A DNA stretch of 64,000 bases, taken from contig JAAAOI010000197.1 of assembly GCA_009908945.1 (NCBI GenBank), forward strand, positions 891 to 64,890, read 5' to 3'. The notes below the pieces were generated by a model. That model worked only from the letters and a program-made list of their open reading frames with translations, did not search any database and was not told the origin of the DNA. Numbering within the stretch: the stretch's first letter is position 1; each line of letters opens with the position of its first letter. Source of the DNA: Bacteroidota bacterium (GTDB lineage Bacteria; Bacteroidota; Rhodothermia; Rhodothermales; Salinibacteraceae). The translations under genes and the position numbers were made by a program. This document shows, one piece after another, positions 51,769 to 61,769 of this stretch.

Positions 51769-53321
51769 TCGTCCAGGATGCGGCGGATGCGTTCGATCTC
51801 CTCGTCGCTTGCGGCTTTGGACTCCTCCTCCTGCGACGCAGGGGCGTCGGGGGGAGGCGCTTCGGCGCCGGGCGTGGCGTCGGGCGCAGCTGAGGGCGTG
51901 CGGGGCGACTCAGACGCGGGAGCTGCCGCCGACGCAGGCGGGGTGGTATCGTGGGCGGCCTGCTCCGCTTCGGCTTCGCGCCCAGGGGCATCCTCCGTAT
52001 TGGCATTTGCGTCATCATCGGCTGCACGAGCAGCTCCCTCGTCGCCATAAACCGGACGGACGATCCAGCCTGGGCCCGAGCGCTCAGCACCTCGCCTTGC
52101 CTGCTTTGGAGCACTGGGCTCGGCAGGCGGCGCATCAGCAGCCTCGGGGGCCGGTGGCTCCGGGGGCGGCGTAACGGAAGCCGGTGGGCGCTCCGCTGCA
52201 GCAGGCGCTTCTTCCGCTGCGGCGGTGGGCGTCTCCGGCAGGTCTTCGGAGGGTTCCTCATCCAGCGAGAAGAAGGCAAAGGCATCCTCCAGCGCTTCTT
52301 CATCTTCGGTAGACAGCGTACCCGGCGGGCGTGATGCCTCCGCCGAGACATCGGCTGGTGTTTCAGGCTCCGGGGACGCCTCCGTCGGCTCAGCGGAGGC
52401 CTCGGCACGGGTTGGCTTCGGAGGCGGGGGCGGCATGTCATCCGGCGCCGGCGCGGGAGGCTCGGCAGGTGAAGGCGCTGCTGCCTCCTCAGCCGTGGTC
52501 GACGCGGGTCGCGGAGGCGGGGGCGGTACCACTGGCTCAGGGACTTGCTCCGCCGGGGGCGCGTCAGGGGCAGAGGCCGCAGGTGCAACGTCCTGCGAGG
52601 CGTCCGCCGGGGCTTCGACCGGGGGCGCAGACTCTTCATCGGGCACCCACGCATCCTCAGCGGGCGTCCACTCGTCCACCTCTGCTGCCTCTGTTCCGGG
52701 AGCATCGGGGGCGCCCGTATCAGACGCTACCGCCTCGGGCTCCGCGACGTCAGCTGCGGCGTCGGATACGGCGGCGTCAGGGGCTGGCGCCGCTTCATCC
52801 TCGTCTGGTGTCCAGGTGGTCTCTTCCGGATGCGCCAGCAGCTTGGCGGGCTCAAAAGCTCCGATGGATACGCCTTGATCGAAGTGTGAGAGCAGTTCCA
52901 GCTCCGAGGTGAGGAAGGCCCGCAGCCGCGCAACCACTTCATCTCGCCGGTCTTGCAGGCGATCCACCTGGAGCTCCAACCGATCGTGATCCTGCTCCGC
53001 CTGGTAGACGATGCTCTGTGCTTCGGCGTTGGCCTCTCGGATGATCAGTTCGGCCTGCTTCTCGGCCTGCTGCTCCGCCTTGCGGGTGGTCTCGCGGGCC
53101 GTTTGCAGCGCTTCCTGAAGCGCCTCCTCCACTTTCTCGTAGTGATCCAGCTTGTTCTCCAGCTCCTTCACCTTATCCTGCAAGCGGCGCTGGTCGGCCT
53201 GCACTTGCTCCCACTGGTTGGCCATGGTGTCCAGAAAGGCCTTTACCTCCTCCTTGTCATAGCCCCCAAACGAGCGGCCCGTGAAGTCCTGCTTCTTGAT
53301 GTCGAGCGGCGTCAACTGCAT
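51759..53321 (-). CDS. divIVA: DivIVA domain protein with a ~370-aa acidic Pro/Ala/Glu-rich tail
   Basis: The ORF is 520 aa. 'MQLTPLDIKKQDFTGRSFGGYDKEEVKAFLD' is the DivIVA N-terminal domain, and a coiled coil follows. The rest is low complexity with a few ordered islands. Confidence 0.85.
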   Translation of the reverse strand: MQLTPLDIKKQDFTGRSFGGYDKEEVKAFLDTMANQWEQVQADQRRLQDKVKELENKLDHYEKVEEALQEALQTARETTRKAEQQAEKQAELIIREANAEAQSIVYQAEQDHDRLELQVDRLQDRRDEVVARLRAFLTSELELLSHFDQGVSIGAFEPAKLLAHPEETTWTPDEDEAAPAPDAAVSDAAADVAEPEAVASDTGAPDAPGTEAAEVDEWTPAEDAWVPDEESAPPVEAPADASQDVAPAASAPDAPPAEQVPEPVVPPPPPRPASTTAEEAAAPSPAEPPAPAPDDMPPPPPKPTRAEASAEPTEASPEPETPADVSAEASRPPGTLSTEDEEALEDAFAFFSLDEEPSEDLPETPTAAAEEAPAAAERPPASVTPPPEPPAPEAADAPPAEPSAPKQARRGAERSGPGWIVRPVYGDEGAARAADDDANANTEDAPGREAEAEQAAHDTTPPASAAAPASESPRTPSAAPDATPGAEAPPPDAPASQEEESKAASDEEIERIRRILDDLG

Positions 53322-53484
53322 GAGCGGGTGGCGTCAGGTAAGCGAGTACAACAGAAAGGGCGATAGGACGGTAACATAGCAAGTGTAGGCATGGAATCCA
53401 ACAGTTACCGATGCGCCGTACGCCCGTGTTGTGTACCATACGCCTAAATTCCGCACTTGCTTCATAGACGCCGAGCCGGGCACC

Positions 53485-54225
53485 TCAGTAGTCGCGCGGA
53501 CCGAAGATAGCGGTACCCAGGCGCAGATGGGTGGCCCCCTCCTCAATGGCTACCTCAAAGTCGTTCGACATCCCCATGGACAGTGCATTCATCTTGACGA
53601 CCGGGTTGTCGCTGTCGTCGTAGGTGTCCCGCAGCTTGCGCAGCAGCTGAAACTGGGGGCGAATCTCCTCCGGGTCGTCCACAAACGAGGCCAGGCCCAT
53701 CAGCCCGATGACGTGGAGATGCGAAAAGTCCTTCAGCGTATCGAGATACCCATGGGTCTTCTCCGGGTCAAGGCCGTATTTGCTTTCCTCACCCGAGATG
53801 TGAACCTGCACGAAGCACGGCAGCACGCGCTCCTCTCGGCGGGCGCGTTTGTCCAGCTCTTTGGCCAGGCGCGGGCTGTCCAGCGCGTGAAACACGTCGG
53901 CATGCGCTACGATGTCTTTGGCCTTGTTGCGCTGCAGGTGCCCCACCATGTGCCAGCGGATCTCCCCGCCGAGGTAGGCGCCGGGCCATGCTGTTGCTTT
54001 TTCCGAAAGCGGCCCAGCACGGTTTTCGCCAAAGTCGGAGATCCCGTGTTCAAAGGCCACGCGCGAGGCTTCCAGCGGAAAGGTCTTGGAGATCCCGACG
54101 AGCGTGATCTCCTCCGGCGAGCGGTTGGCCCGGGCGCAGGCCGCTTCGATGCGTTCGCGCACCGCGCGTAACCGATCGGCCAGGGCGGCGGCGTCGATGG
54201 AGGTGGGGGGCGTGGGTTGGGGCAT
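53485..54225 (-). CDS. yggS: YggS-family pyridoxal-phosphate homeostasis protein
   Basis: The 246-aa ORF has 'LVGISKTFP' (the PLP Lys), 'FGENR', 'WHMVGHLQRNK' and 'LSMGMSNDFEVAIEEGATHLRLGTAIFG'. Confidence 0.9.
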   Translation of the reverse strand: MPQPTPPTSIDAAALADRLRAVRERIEAACARANRSPEEITLVGISKTFPLEASRVAFEHGISDFGENRAGPLSEKATAWPGAYLGGEIRWHMVGHLQRNKAKDIVAHADVFHALDSPRLAKELDKRARREERVLPCFVQVHISGEESKYGLDPEKTHGYLDTLKDFSHLHVIGLMGLASFVDDPEEIRPQFQLLRKLRDTYDDSDNPVVKMNALSMGMSNDFEVAIEEGATHLRLGTAIFGPRDY

Positions 54226-54288
54226 GAGGGTAAGCGGGTTGCGATGGGTGATACAACGATGAGAGGCGCGTGACAGCCCTACGCCGGG

Positions 54289-54471
54289 CTACCGGTACGC
54301 CGGCCGGGCACTGAACGACTGCAACTGATCACCGGCGACCTGATACCGAATGGTGATGGGCCGGCAGCAGACCTCGCAGTCTTCCACATAGGTCTGTCCC
54401 TGCACCGAGGTATCAAGCAACATGGTGATCTGCTCCCAGCAGTACGGGCACTGAAACGCGTGTTCGAGCAT
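54289..54471 (-). CDS. CPXCG-motif cysteine-rich small protein
   Basis: The 60-aa ORF has 'FQCPYCWEQI...VEDCEVCCRPI', a two-pair Cys zinc-ribbon-like layout typical of this small-protein family. Confidence 0.65.
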   Translation of the reverse strand: MLEHAFQCPYCWEQITMLLDTSVQGQTYVEDCEVCCRPITIRYQVAGDQLQSFSARPAYR

Positions 54472-54603
54472 GGCACAACGGCCCTGCCGGCCGCTCTCGG
54501 TGAAAAAACATACTTCGGCTTTGCTCCAATCTATTGCTTCAACCCACGGCCTCCCTCTTGCCCACGAGTAGGCGGGGCGGGAGTTTCGCTCCGGGAGTGG
54601 CGC

Positions 54604-57120
54604 TCAGGTAGTGGCGGCGCGGAGTACCTCCAGCGGCGGGCGATTGTAGAGGCCCCGGCTATTGAGCAGCCCCACGCCAACGGTAAGCCCTGTGACCACG
54701 GCGAGGGTTAACGCCAGCGCATCCGGGGCCCAGACGAAGGGTGCGTCAAACACGAAGAACGCAAGGGTCGCGGCGCCGGCCAGCGACAGCACAATCCCGG
54801 TCAGGCTGGCCAACACCCCAAGAAAGAGGTACTCGATCAGCAAGATTTTGAACACCTGCGCGCGGGAGGCACCCAGCGTCTTCAGCAATACGCTCTCCTC
54901 CACGCGCTGATAGCGGCTCACGGCTACGGCGCCTATCAGTACAATAAGCCCTGTGAGGATGCTAAACAGCGCCATGAAGCGAATCACGAGGGCTACGCGC
55001 TCAAACAAGTCCTCCGCCACGGAAAGGATAAGCGACAGATCAATCGCAGAGACGTTGGGGAACTGCTCCACCACTGCGCTTTGCACGGCAGCAGAGGCTT
55101 CTTCGGAATCGGTGCGCGTCAGCACTACGCTAAACTGCGGGGCCCCCTCCAGCACGCCTTCAGGAAAGACGACAAAAAAGTTGGTCTGCACCCGCTGCCA
55201 GTCGACCGCACGGAGGCTCGTGACGTTGGTGGTCATGGAGCGTCCTTGCACGTCGAACGTAAGCTGGTCTCCAAGCCCGACGTTCAGTTCCTCGGCGATT
55301 CCTTCTTCCAGCGATATGGGGATGGGCTCGGAGCCATCTGTGTGGCGCGGTGTAAACGAACCGGCGACGATCGTTTCGGAGTCAATGAGGTGGTCGCGGT
55401 AAGTGGATCGGTATTCCCGGCGGTGCGCCCAGGTGGTCCGCGCCTCCGGATCTGCGCGCAGCTCCTCCACCGTGCGCCCCTGCACCGCCTGCAGGCGCAT
55501 TGACACCACGGGCACCTGATCCAGAACGGACAGCCCTTCGCTGCGGACGAGCGTGCTGACCTGTTCCACCTGCTGCGGCTGGATGTCGAAGAGGACCAGG
55601 TTGGGCTGCCCCTCGCCGCTGCTCACCTCGATTTGTGTGAGCAGCATCCGCTGCACCAGCACAAGCGTGAGGATCAGGAACGTGCCCAGCCCGAGCGCCA
55701 GCATCAGGATGGAGGTCTGGTTGTTTGGGCGATGCAGATTCGCCAGCCCTTGGCGCCACGGATACGGCCATGACGTTGGGGCAAAGCGCTGGGCCGCCCA
55801 CATGAGGCCCTTGGCAACGAGGGCCAGCAGGCCAAACACAACGGCCACCCCCACCGCATAGCCCGCGCCGAGCCACCACGTAGGGGCCTGCAGCACCGCG
55901 AAGCCGAGCACGGCTGCGCCAATGAGGCCCCACACGCCCAGCCGCAACAGGTCGCGCTTGCCGTCCCCGTCATACGCTGCCCGAAGCGCCCGGAGCGGCG
56001 ACACGTTGCGCACGCGCAGCAGGGGCAGCAGGGCAAACAGCACCGTCACCCCAACCCCAATCAGCATCCCTACCCCCAGGGCCGACCACGCCAGCGACAC
56101 GTCTACCTCCACGGGCAGGAAGTCGGCCAGCACCAGCGGGAGCAGCTGTTGGATGCCCACGCCTAAGGCGCCGCCCAGCACGCCTGCGGTGACGCCCATC
56201 GCGACGGCTTGCGTCAGGTAAATGCCAAACGTACGCGCCGAAGAGGCCCCCACGCAGCGCAAGACGGCCACGGTGTCGAGGCGCTGCTTCACGTAGACGT
56301 GCACGGCGCTGGCCACGCCCAGCCCGCCCAGCAGCAGTGCAATAAAGCCGACCAGGCTCAGGAACCGGTACAGGTTTTCGAACCCCGCGCCCCAGGTGCT
56401 CATCTCCTGCTCTGCCGTACGGATGCGCACCGGCGCCTCGCCAAAGGCTTCCTGCAGTTCGGTCTTCACCCCGTCGGCACTCGCGGTCTCGGGAAGCCGC
56501 AGGTAGCGCTCGTAGTCCACGCGGCTGCCGGCGCCCAGCAGCGTGGAGTCCACCTCAGCGAGCGGCACATAGATGCGCGGGCTGAAGGCGCGCTGCGCGG
56601 CGGACTCGCTGGAGGTGCGTAGCAGCCGCCCCGCGATGGCATACCGCGTGCGTCCCACCTGAATGGAATCGCCGGGGCTCAGCCCAAGCTGGCGCATAAG
56701 GCCGCTGTCGACCAGGGCCGCTCCGGCGGATTGGTAGGTCTGCGCGGCGTCGGCTGGCTCGGTTTCGACGGTACCGTAAAACGGAAACTCCCCATCGATG
56801 GCCCGGATGGTGGCCAGCCGGGTATCGCCGGTGGCCGGGACGCGCGCCATGGAGGTGAACGTGATGCGGCGGGCCTGATCGGCATTCACGTCCTGCAGCA
56901 CCGAATCGACGCGCGCGCCATCCTCGCGTTCGTACTCCAGCTCCAGATCGGCTCCCAGCAGCGTCCGGGCCTCTCCGCTGACCGACTGCTCCAGGTTCTG
57001 CCCGAACGAGTTGATGGCCACCAGCGCGGCAATACCCAGCACCATAGAGAACAGAAAAAGCAGGAGCCGCTTCCGGCTTCCGCGGCTGTCGCGCCACGCC
57101 ATCGTCAAGATCCAGCTCAT
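54604..57120 (-). CDS. ABC transporter permease, duplicated FtsX-like (YbbP-type)
   Basis: The 838-aa ORF contains two MacB/FtsX-like modules. Each has a large periplasmic loop and four TM helices. It lies downstream of its ATPase gene. Confidence 0.9.
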   Translation of the reverse strand: MSWILTMAWRDSRGSRKRLLLFLFSMVLGIAALVAINSFGQNLEQSVSGEARTLLGADLELEYEREDGARVDSVLQDVNADQARRITFTSMARVPATGDTRLATIRAIDGEFPFYGTVETEPADAAQTYQSAGAALVDSGLMRQLGLSPGDSIQVGRTRYAIAGRLLRTSSESAAQRAFSPRIYVPLAEVDSTLLGAGSRVDYERYLRLPETASADGVKTELQEAFGEAPVRIRTAEQEMSTWGAGFENLYRFLSLVGFIALLLGGLGVASAVHVYVKQRLDTVAVLRCVGASSARTFGIYLTQAVAMGVTAGVLGGALGVGIQQLLPLVLADFLPVEVDVSLAWSALGVGMLIGVGVTVLFALLPLLRVRNVSPLRALRAAYDGDGKRDLLRLGVWGLIGAAVLGFAVLQAPTWWLGAGYAVGVAVVFGLLALVAKGLMWAAQRFAPTSWPYPWRQGLANLHRPNNQTSILMLALGLGTFLILTLVLVQRMLLTQIEVSSGEGQPNLVLFDIQPQQVEQVSTLVRSEGLSVLDQVPVVSMRLQAVQGRTVEELRADPEARTTWAHRREYRSTYRDHLIDSETIVAGSFTPRHTDGSEPIPISLEEGIAEELNVGLGDQLTFDVQGRSMTTNVTSLRAVDWQRVQTNFFVVFPEGVLEGAPQFSVVLTRTDSEEASAAVQSAVVEQFPNVSAIDLSLILSVAEDLFERVALVIRFMALFSILTGLIVLIGAVAVSRYQRVEESVLLKTLGASRAQVFKILLIEYLFLGVLASLTGIVLSLAGAATLAFFVFDAPFVWAPDALALTLAVVTGLTVGVGLLNSRGLYNRPPLEVLRAATT

Positions 57121-57188
57121 ATCCGCTTCCCTGTGTCCAATGATGCATCTACTGTTGTATCCGTGCCTTCCCCATCAGCAAAGGGCCG

Positions 57189-57923
57189 TCAGCCCGTCGC
57201 GCGGAGCTGCGGCACGGCCGACGCCTCATCACTCGCGATCTGCCCAGCCTTGAGCCGCACCACACGGTCCGTCTGACGCGCCAGGTCAAGGTCGTGGGTG
57301 ACGAGGACGAGCGTGGTGCCTGCCCGCGCGTTCAGGTCGAAGAGCAAGTCTTCGATGACAGCGCCCGTCTCGGCATCCAGGTTGCCCGTGGGCTCATCCG
57401 CAAAGAGGATTTCGGGCTGGTTAATGAAGGCACGGGCCAGCGCCACCCGCTGCTGCTCGCCACCCGAGAGTTGGACGGGGTAGTGGCGTAGGCGATCGCC
57501 CAGGCCCACGCGCTCCAGCAGCTCCTTGGCTCGCGGGCGGACGCCCTTCTGCCCCCGCAGTTCGGCCGGGACCATCACGTTTTCAAGCGCGGTAAGGGTG
57601 GGGATAAGCTGAAACGTCTGAAACACAAACCCGACATGCTGATTGCGCAGCGCCGCGCGCTCGTCTTCCGTCAACGTCCCCAGCGACTGGCCGCATAGCT
57701 CCACGGTGCCCGCGGTGGGCACGTCCAGCCCTGCGCAGAGGCCCAGCAGCGTAGTCTTCCCGCTACCGGACGGCCCGACAATTGCGGTCGTACTCCCGGC
57801 AGCTATTTGTAGGGACACATCCTCCAGGACGGTAAGCTGGCGCTCACCGCTCTGGAACGACTTGGTAAGCTGGGCGGTCTGCAAAATGGGATCGCGCATC
57901 ATAGTACCCGTGGTGTCGTACAT
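57189..57923 (-). CDS. ABC transporter ATP-binding protein (YbbA/LolD-like)
   Basis: The 244-aa ORF has Walker A 'GPSGSGKTT', the signature 'LSGGEQQRVALARA' and Walker B 'ILFADEPTGNLD'. The start may instead be the ATG at 57902 or 57899. Confidence 0.9.
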   Translation of the reverse strand: MYDTTGTMMRDPILQTAQLTKSFQSGERQLTVLEDVSLQIAAGSTTAIVGPSGSGKTTLLGLCAGLDVPTAGTVELCGQSLGTLTEDERAALRNQHVGFVFQTFQLIPTLTALENVMVPAELRGQKGVRPRAKELLERVGLGDRLRHYPVQLSGGEQQRVALARAFINQPEILFADEPTGNLDAETGAVIEDLLFDLNARAGTTLVLVTHDLDLARQTDRVVRLKAGQIASDEASAVPQLRATG

Positions 57924-57991
57924 CGAATCGCGGCCGGATCTTAGCCGCTACGCCGAGCCGTGTTGTTTCTCTCATTTAGCTCTTAACGTGT

Positions 57992-58759
57992 ATGAAACCG
58001 CTATACCTGCCGCGCTTCCTGCGTGTTCTGCTACTCGTCAGCATGTTTACAATTGCCGGCTGCGGATCGGCGGATGAGGCCGACCCGCCCTCGCGCGAGT
58101 CCCCAGCAGAGGGCTCCGCCGAAGCGCCTACCGCTCCGGTCCCCGATGCGGCCCCTGACATAGCAGCTGGTGAGGTACATGTCCTGGTGCTGGGCAACAG
58201 TATTGCGGCCGGGCTGGGGCTGAGCCCTGAGGAATCCTTTCCGGCGCTCCTGCAAGACCGCGCCGAAGCCCGCGGCTGGCCCGTACAGGTCACCAACGCC
58301 GGCGTCAGTGGCGACACCTCGGCCGGCGGCCTGAGCCGCATCGATTGGCTGCTGGATGACCGCGTCGATATCCTGATCATCGAACTGGGCGGCAATGACG
58401 GGTTGCGGGGGCTCGACCCCAGTGTGACGCAGCAGAACCTCGGGCAGATCATCGAAACGGCACGCGATAAACAGCCGGGCATCCAAATCATCCTGGGCAG
58501 CATGCAGATCCCCCCCAACATGGGGCAGGCGTATACTGCTCGTTTTCGGGGCGTCTATCAGCAGGTGGCTGCGGCCTACGACGTGCCACGGGTACCCATC
58601 GTGCCAGACGACCTGGCGAGCGTATCCGACTACATTCAGGATGACGGCATCCACCCTACAGCGGAGGGCCAAGAGCTCATCGCATCAAACGTATGGGAGA
58701 CACTTGGGCCTATGCTGGAGGCCGCTGTTGAAGAGCGCACCGCCGCTGTGGCCGAATGA
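57992..58759 (+). CDS. SGNH/GDSL arylesterase-thioesterase (TesA-like) lipoprotein
   Basis: The 255-aa ORF has the lipobox 'FTIAGC'. Motifs are 'VLVLGNSIAAG' (GDSx-type Ser), 'GVSGDT', 'ELGGNDG' and 'DGIHPT'. It is divergent from the ybbA/ybbP-like pair, the same layout as E. coli tesA-ybbA-ybbP. Confidence 0.85.
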   Translation: MKPLYLPRFLRVLLLVSMFTIAGCGSADEADPPSRESPAEGSAEAPTAPVPDAAPDIAAGEVHVLVLGNSIAAGLGLSPEESFPALLQDRAEARGWPVQVTNAGVSGDTSAGGLSRIDWLLDDRVDILIIELGGNDGLRGLDPSVTQQNLGQIIETARDKQPGIQIILGSMQIPPNMGQAYTARFRGVYQQVAAAYDVPRVPIVPDDLASVSDYIQDDGIHPTAEGQELIASNVWETLGPMLEAAVEERTAAVAE

Positions 58760-58765
58760 TGAGCG

Positions 58766-60226
58766 CTATCCCAGAGCCTTGACCTCGGCCGTGAGTTCAC
58801 CCACCGATTCCTTCGCGTCGCCGAAGAGCATGCGGGTGTTATCGTTGTAAAACAGGTCATTTTGCACGCCCGAGTACCCCGGGCGCAGGCTGCGCTTGAG
58901 TACCACGACGGTGTCGGAGGCGTCAGCATCCAGGATAGGCATGCCGTAGATCGGGCTTCCTTTCTTCGTGCGCGCGGCCGGATTGACAACGTCATTGGCG
59001 CCGATAACAAGCGAGACGTCCGTGTTGGGGAATTCAGGGTTGATATCATCCATCTCGTAGAGGTGATCGTACGGCACATTGGCCTCAGCCAGGAGCACGT
59101 TCATATGCCCCGGCATGCGTCCGGCTACCGGATGGATGCCATACTTGACGGTCACGCCCCGCCCTTCGAGCACCTCGGCCAGTTCCTGCACCTGATGCTG
59201 CGCCTGCGCTACCGCCATCCCATAACCGGGGATGACAACGACTTGCTCTGCATACGTGAGCAAAATGGCCGTATCGGCCGGAGAGGTTTCCCGCACCGTC
59301 CCCCCCGTGGCCCCCTCCACAGCGGGTCCATCGCTGTCATCGGCGCCACCGAACCCGCCCAGCAGTACGTTCCAGAGCGAGCGGTTCATGGCATCGCACA
59401 TGATGCGGGTAAGCATCAGCCCGGAGACGCCGACCAGGGTGCCGCTAATGATGAGCACGATATTGTCCAGCACAAATCCGGTGGCCGCAGCGGCGAGGCC
59501 AGAGTATGAGTTGAGGAGAGCCACCACCACGGGCATGTCGGCCCCGCCAATCGGGATGACCAGGAAGATGCCCAGGATCAGGGCCAGCCCGCCCAGCCCC
59601 AGCAGCCCGCCCATGAGGAAGGCGGAGTCTTGTGTGAACACATGTGCCCCGTACAGTATGAGGCCGACCGCGGCCGCCACCCCCAATAGCAACAGCACGG
59701 TGAGCGCGCGCATCCCCAGAAACTGCGCGGGTTGCCCTGAGATCAGTCCCTTGAGCTTGGCAAACGCTACAAAGCTGCCCGAGAAGGTAACCGTCCCGAT
59801 CAGCACACTCGCCGCTACCGTTACGGCCAACGTAAGGGTGAGCGGAGCAAGCGGAGGCGCTCCACCCGCCACCGCCTCAGCCGCCGCTGGCGTTTCCGAG
59901 AAGTAACGAGCGACCTCGGCGGAGGCCACCAATGCCGAGGCCAGCCCGCCGAAGCCATTAAACACCGCCACCAATTCCGGCATGCTGGTCATTTCCACCC
60001 GTCGCGCCAGCACCGCCCCAATGCCCCCGCCAATGACCGTCGCTACGATCATTTCTACAGGTGTCAGGATTTCGTAGAGGAACAGTGTAGCGACCACTGC
60101 CACCAGCATGCCCAGGGCGGCCATCTGGTTGCCTTGGCGGGCCGTGACCGGCGATTGCAGCCGCTTCAGCCCCAAAATGAAGAGGCACGCGGAAACGAGA
60201 TAGGCGAGAGCAATAACGGTGTACAC
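58766..60226 (-). CDS. pntB: NAD(P) transhydrogenase subunit beta
   Basis: The 486-aa ORF has a GTG start. It comprises a membrane domain plus the dIII domain, with 'IPGYGMAVAQAQH' and 'YGIHPVAGRMPGHMNVLLAEA'. Confidence 0.95.
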   Translation of the reverse strand: MYTVIALAYLVSACLFILGLKRLQSPVTARQGNQMAALGMLVAVVATLFLYEILTPVEMIVATVIGGGIGAVLARRVEMTSMPELVAVFNGFGGLASALVASAEVARYFSETPAAAEAVAGGAPPLAPLTLTLAVTVAASVLIGTVTFSGSFVAFAKLKGLISGQPAQFLGMRALTVLLLLGVAAAVGLILYGAHVFTQDSAFLMGGLLGLGGLALILGIFLVIPIGGADMPVVVALLNSYSGLAAAATGFVLDNIVLIISGTLVGVSGLMLTRIMCDAMNRSLWNVLLGGFGGADDSDGPAVEGATGGTVRETSPADTAILLTYAEQVVVIPGYGMAVAQAQHQVQELAEVLEGRGVTVKYGIHPVAGRMPGHMNVLLAEANVPYDHLYEMDDINPEFPNTDVSLVIGANDVVNPAARTKKGSPIYGMPILDADASDTVVVLKRSLRPGYSGVQNDLFYNDNTRMLFGDAKESVGELTAEVKALG

Positions 60227-60276
60227 GGGGTGGAAGCTTTAGAGAAGCGGAATAATGGGGCACCTACAAGGGCACG

Positions 60277-60564
60277 TTAGTCATCACGCGGTGGCCTTGG
60301 CTTGCGGGTAAACATCTTCAGCATCCGGTCTGTCACGAGAAAACCACCCACCACGTTGATGGTGGCCACCATGAGCGCCAGCGCACCCAACCACTTGGCT
60401 ACGGGCGTCCCCACCATACCGGCAGTCACAAGCGCACCCACCATGGTGATGCCGCTGATGGCATTGGCCCCCGACATCAACGGCGTGTGCAGCGTCTGGG
60501 GGACTTTGGTCAGGATCTCGACGCCGATGAAGGCCGCCAGCACGAAGATAATTAAGTTTTCCAT
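60277..60564 (-). CDS. pntA: NAD(P) transhydrogenase subunit alpha part 2 (membrane part)
   Basis: The 95-aa ORF has 3 TM helices and 'LHTPLMSGANAISGI'. Its start overlaps the stop of the preceding gene (TGATG). Confidence 0.85.
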   Translation of the reverse strand: MENLIIFVLAAFIGVEILTKVPQTLHTPLMSGANAISGITMVGALVTAGMVGTPVAKWLGALALMVATINVVGGFLVTDRMLKMFTRKPRPPRDD

Positions 60565-61724
60565 CAGTCGGGGGAAGCCGGATGAGCGTCAGAAGAAAGA
60601 AGGGACTGGACGCGGTCGTTAACAATAGCGCCCTCACGCGTGAGGGCCATTTGTTGAATGACCTCGTCTTCCCAGTCCGGCGCAAAGGCCCCATCGTCAT
60701 CGAGTGACAATGTCAGGAAGGCCGCAAGCGTGCGGGCGTAGAGCTGACTGGCATGCCCGGGCAGCAGGGCCGGAAGGTTACGCGGACCGAGAATGGTGGT
60801 GGTGTATGCGGTGACGGTTTCGCCGGGACGTGTGAGGGCACAGTTGCCGCCGCGGGAGGCGGCCGCGTCAACGATGACACTGCCGTCGGGCATAGCTTCG
60901 ACAGCCGCTTCCGTGATCACCAACGGCGCCGGACGCCCGGGGATCAGCGCTGTGCTGATGACAACATCGGCCTTGGCCAGATGGGGCACCAGCAGCTCGG
61001 TCTGTTGCCGGGCTTTCTCCTGTGCCAGGGCCCGCCCATAGCCCTCCGCGTCCTGGCTTTCCTCAATCTCCACGTCCAGCTCGATAAATGAGGCGCCAAG
61101 GCTTTCCACCTCCTCCTGTGCAGCCTCTCGAATGTCGTACCCTTTCACCTTCGCCCCCAGCCGCCGGGCTGTAGCAATGGCCTGCAGACCGGCAACGCCA
61201 GCCCCGATGACCACCACCTGCGCCGGCCGAATACTGCCTGCAGCGGTGGAAAGCAGCGGAAAAAAGCGGGGCAGCGCGTTAGCGCCCAGGAGGGCTGCCT
61301 TGTAGCCGCTTACCGCCCCCATAGCAGAAAGCGCATCCAGCCGCTGCGCACGCGAGATGCGCGGCACCAGTTCCATGGCAAAGGCCGTCGCACCGGCGTC
61401 GGCCAGGGCTGATGCGATCTCCGGGGCATCGAGCGGGTGCAACAGGCCGACGAGGGTAGTGCCGGAGGGAATTTGCCTGATGGTCTCCGCATCAGGCGGC
61501 TCCACGCACCACACGACGTCAGCTTGCGCCGCCTCCGCATGGTCTGTGATGGTCGCCCCTGCCTCCTCAAATGCCGCATCTGGGGACAGCGCCTCTGCCC
61601 CAGCCCCTGCTTCCACATACACCGTCCACCCTTTTTCTACCCACTCGCCAGCGATCTGGGGCGTGCAGGGCACGCGTGTTTCTTCGGGAGTGGAGGCACG
61701 TAAGATTCCAAGGGTAGCAGGCAT
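60564..61724 (-). CDS. pntA: NAD(P) transhydrogenase subunit alpha part 1 (dI, alanine-dehydrogenase-like)
   Basis: The 386-aa ORF carries the Rossmann motif 'VVVIGAGVAGLQAIATARRLGA' and 'SGYKAAL'. Confidence 0.95.
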   Translation of the reverse strand: MPATLGILRASTPEETRVPCTPQIAGEWVEKGWTVYVEAGAGAEALSPDAAFEEAGATITDHAEAAQADVVWCVEPPDAETIRQIPSGTTLVGLLHPLDAPEIASALADAGATAFAMELVPRISRAQRLDALSAMGAVSGYKAALLGANALPRFFPLLSTAAGSIRPAQVVVIGAGVAGLQAIATARRLGAKVKGYDIREAAQEEVESLGASFIELDVEIEESQDAEGYGRALAQEKARQQTELLVPHLAKADVVISTALIPGRPAPLVITEAAVEAMPDGSVIVDAAASRGGNCALTRPGETVTAYTTTILGPRNLPALLPGHASQLYARTLAAFLTLSLDDDGAFAPDWEDEVIQQMALTREGAIVNDRVQSLLSSDAHPASPD

Positions 61725-61769
61725 ACAGCGTGGCGGGGTGGATGGGGGACGGCGACAGCAGTGGCTACG

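Noticed and set aside
50828-52705. A 625-aa ORF that would fuse a Pro/Arg-rich N-terminus to the purine nucleoside phosphorylase.
   Set aside because: The first ~340 codons are an alternative frame of the divIVA low-complexity tail. The PNP family N-terminus aligns with a GTG start at 51685, downstream of the divIVA stop at 51759.
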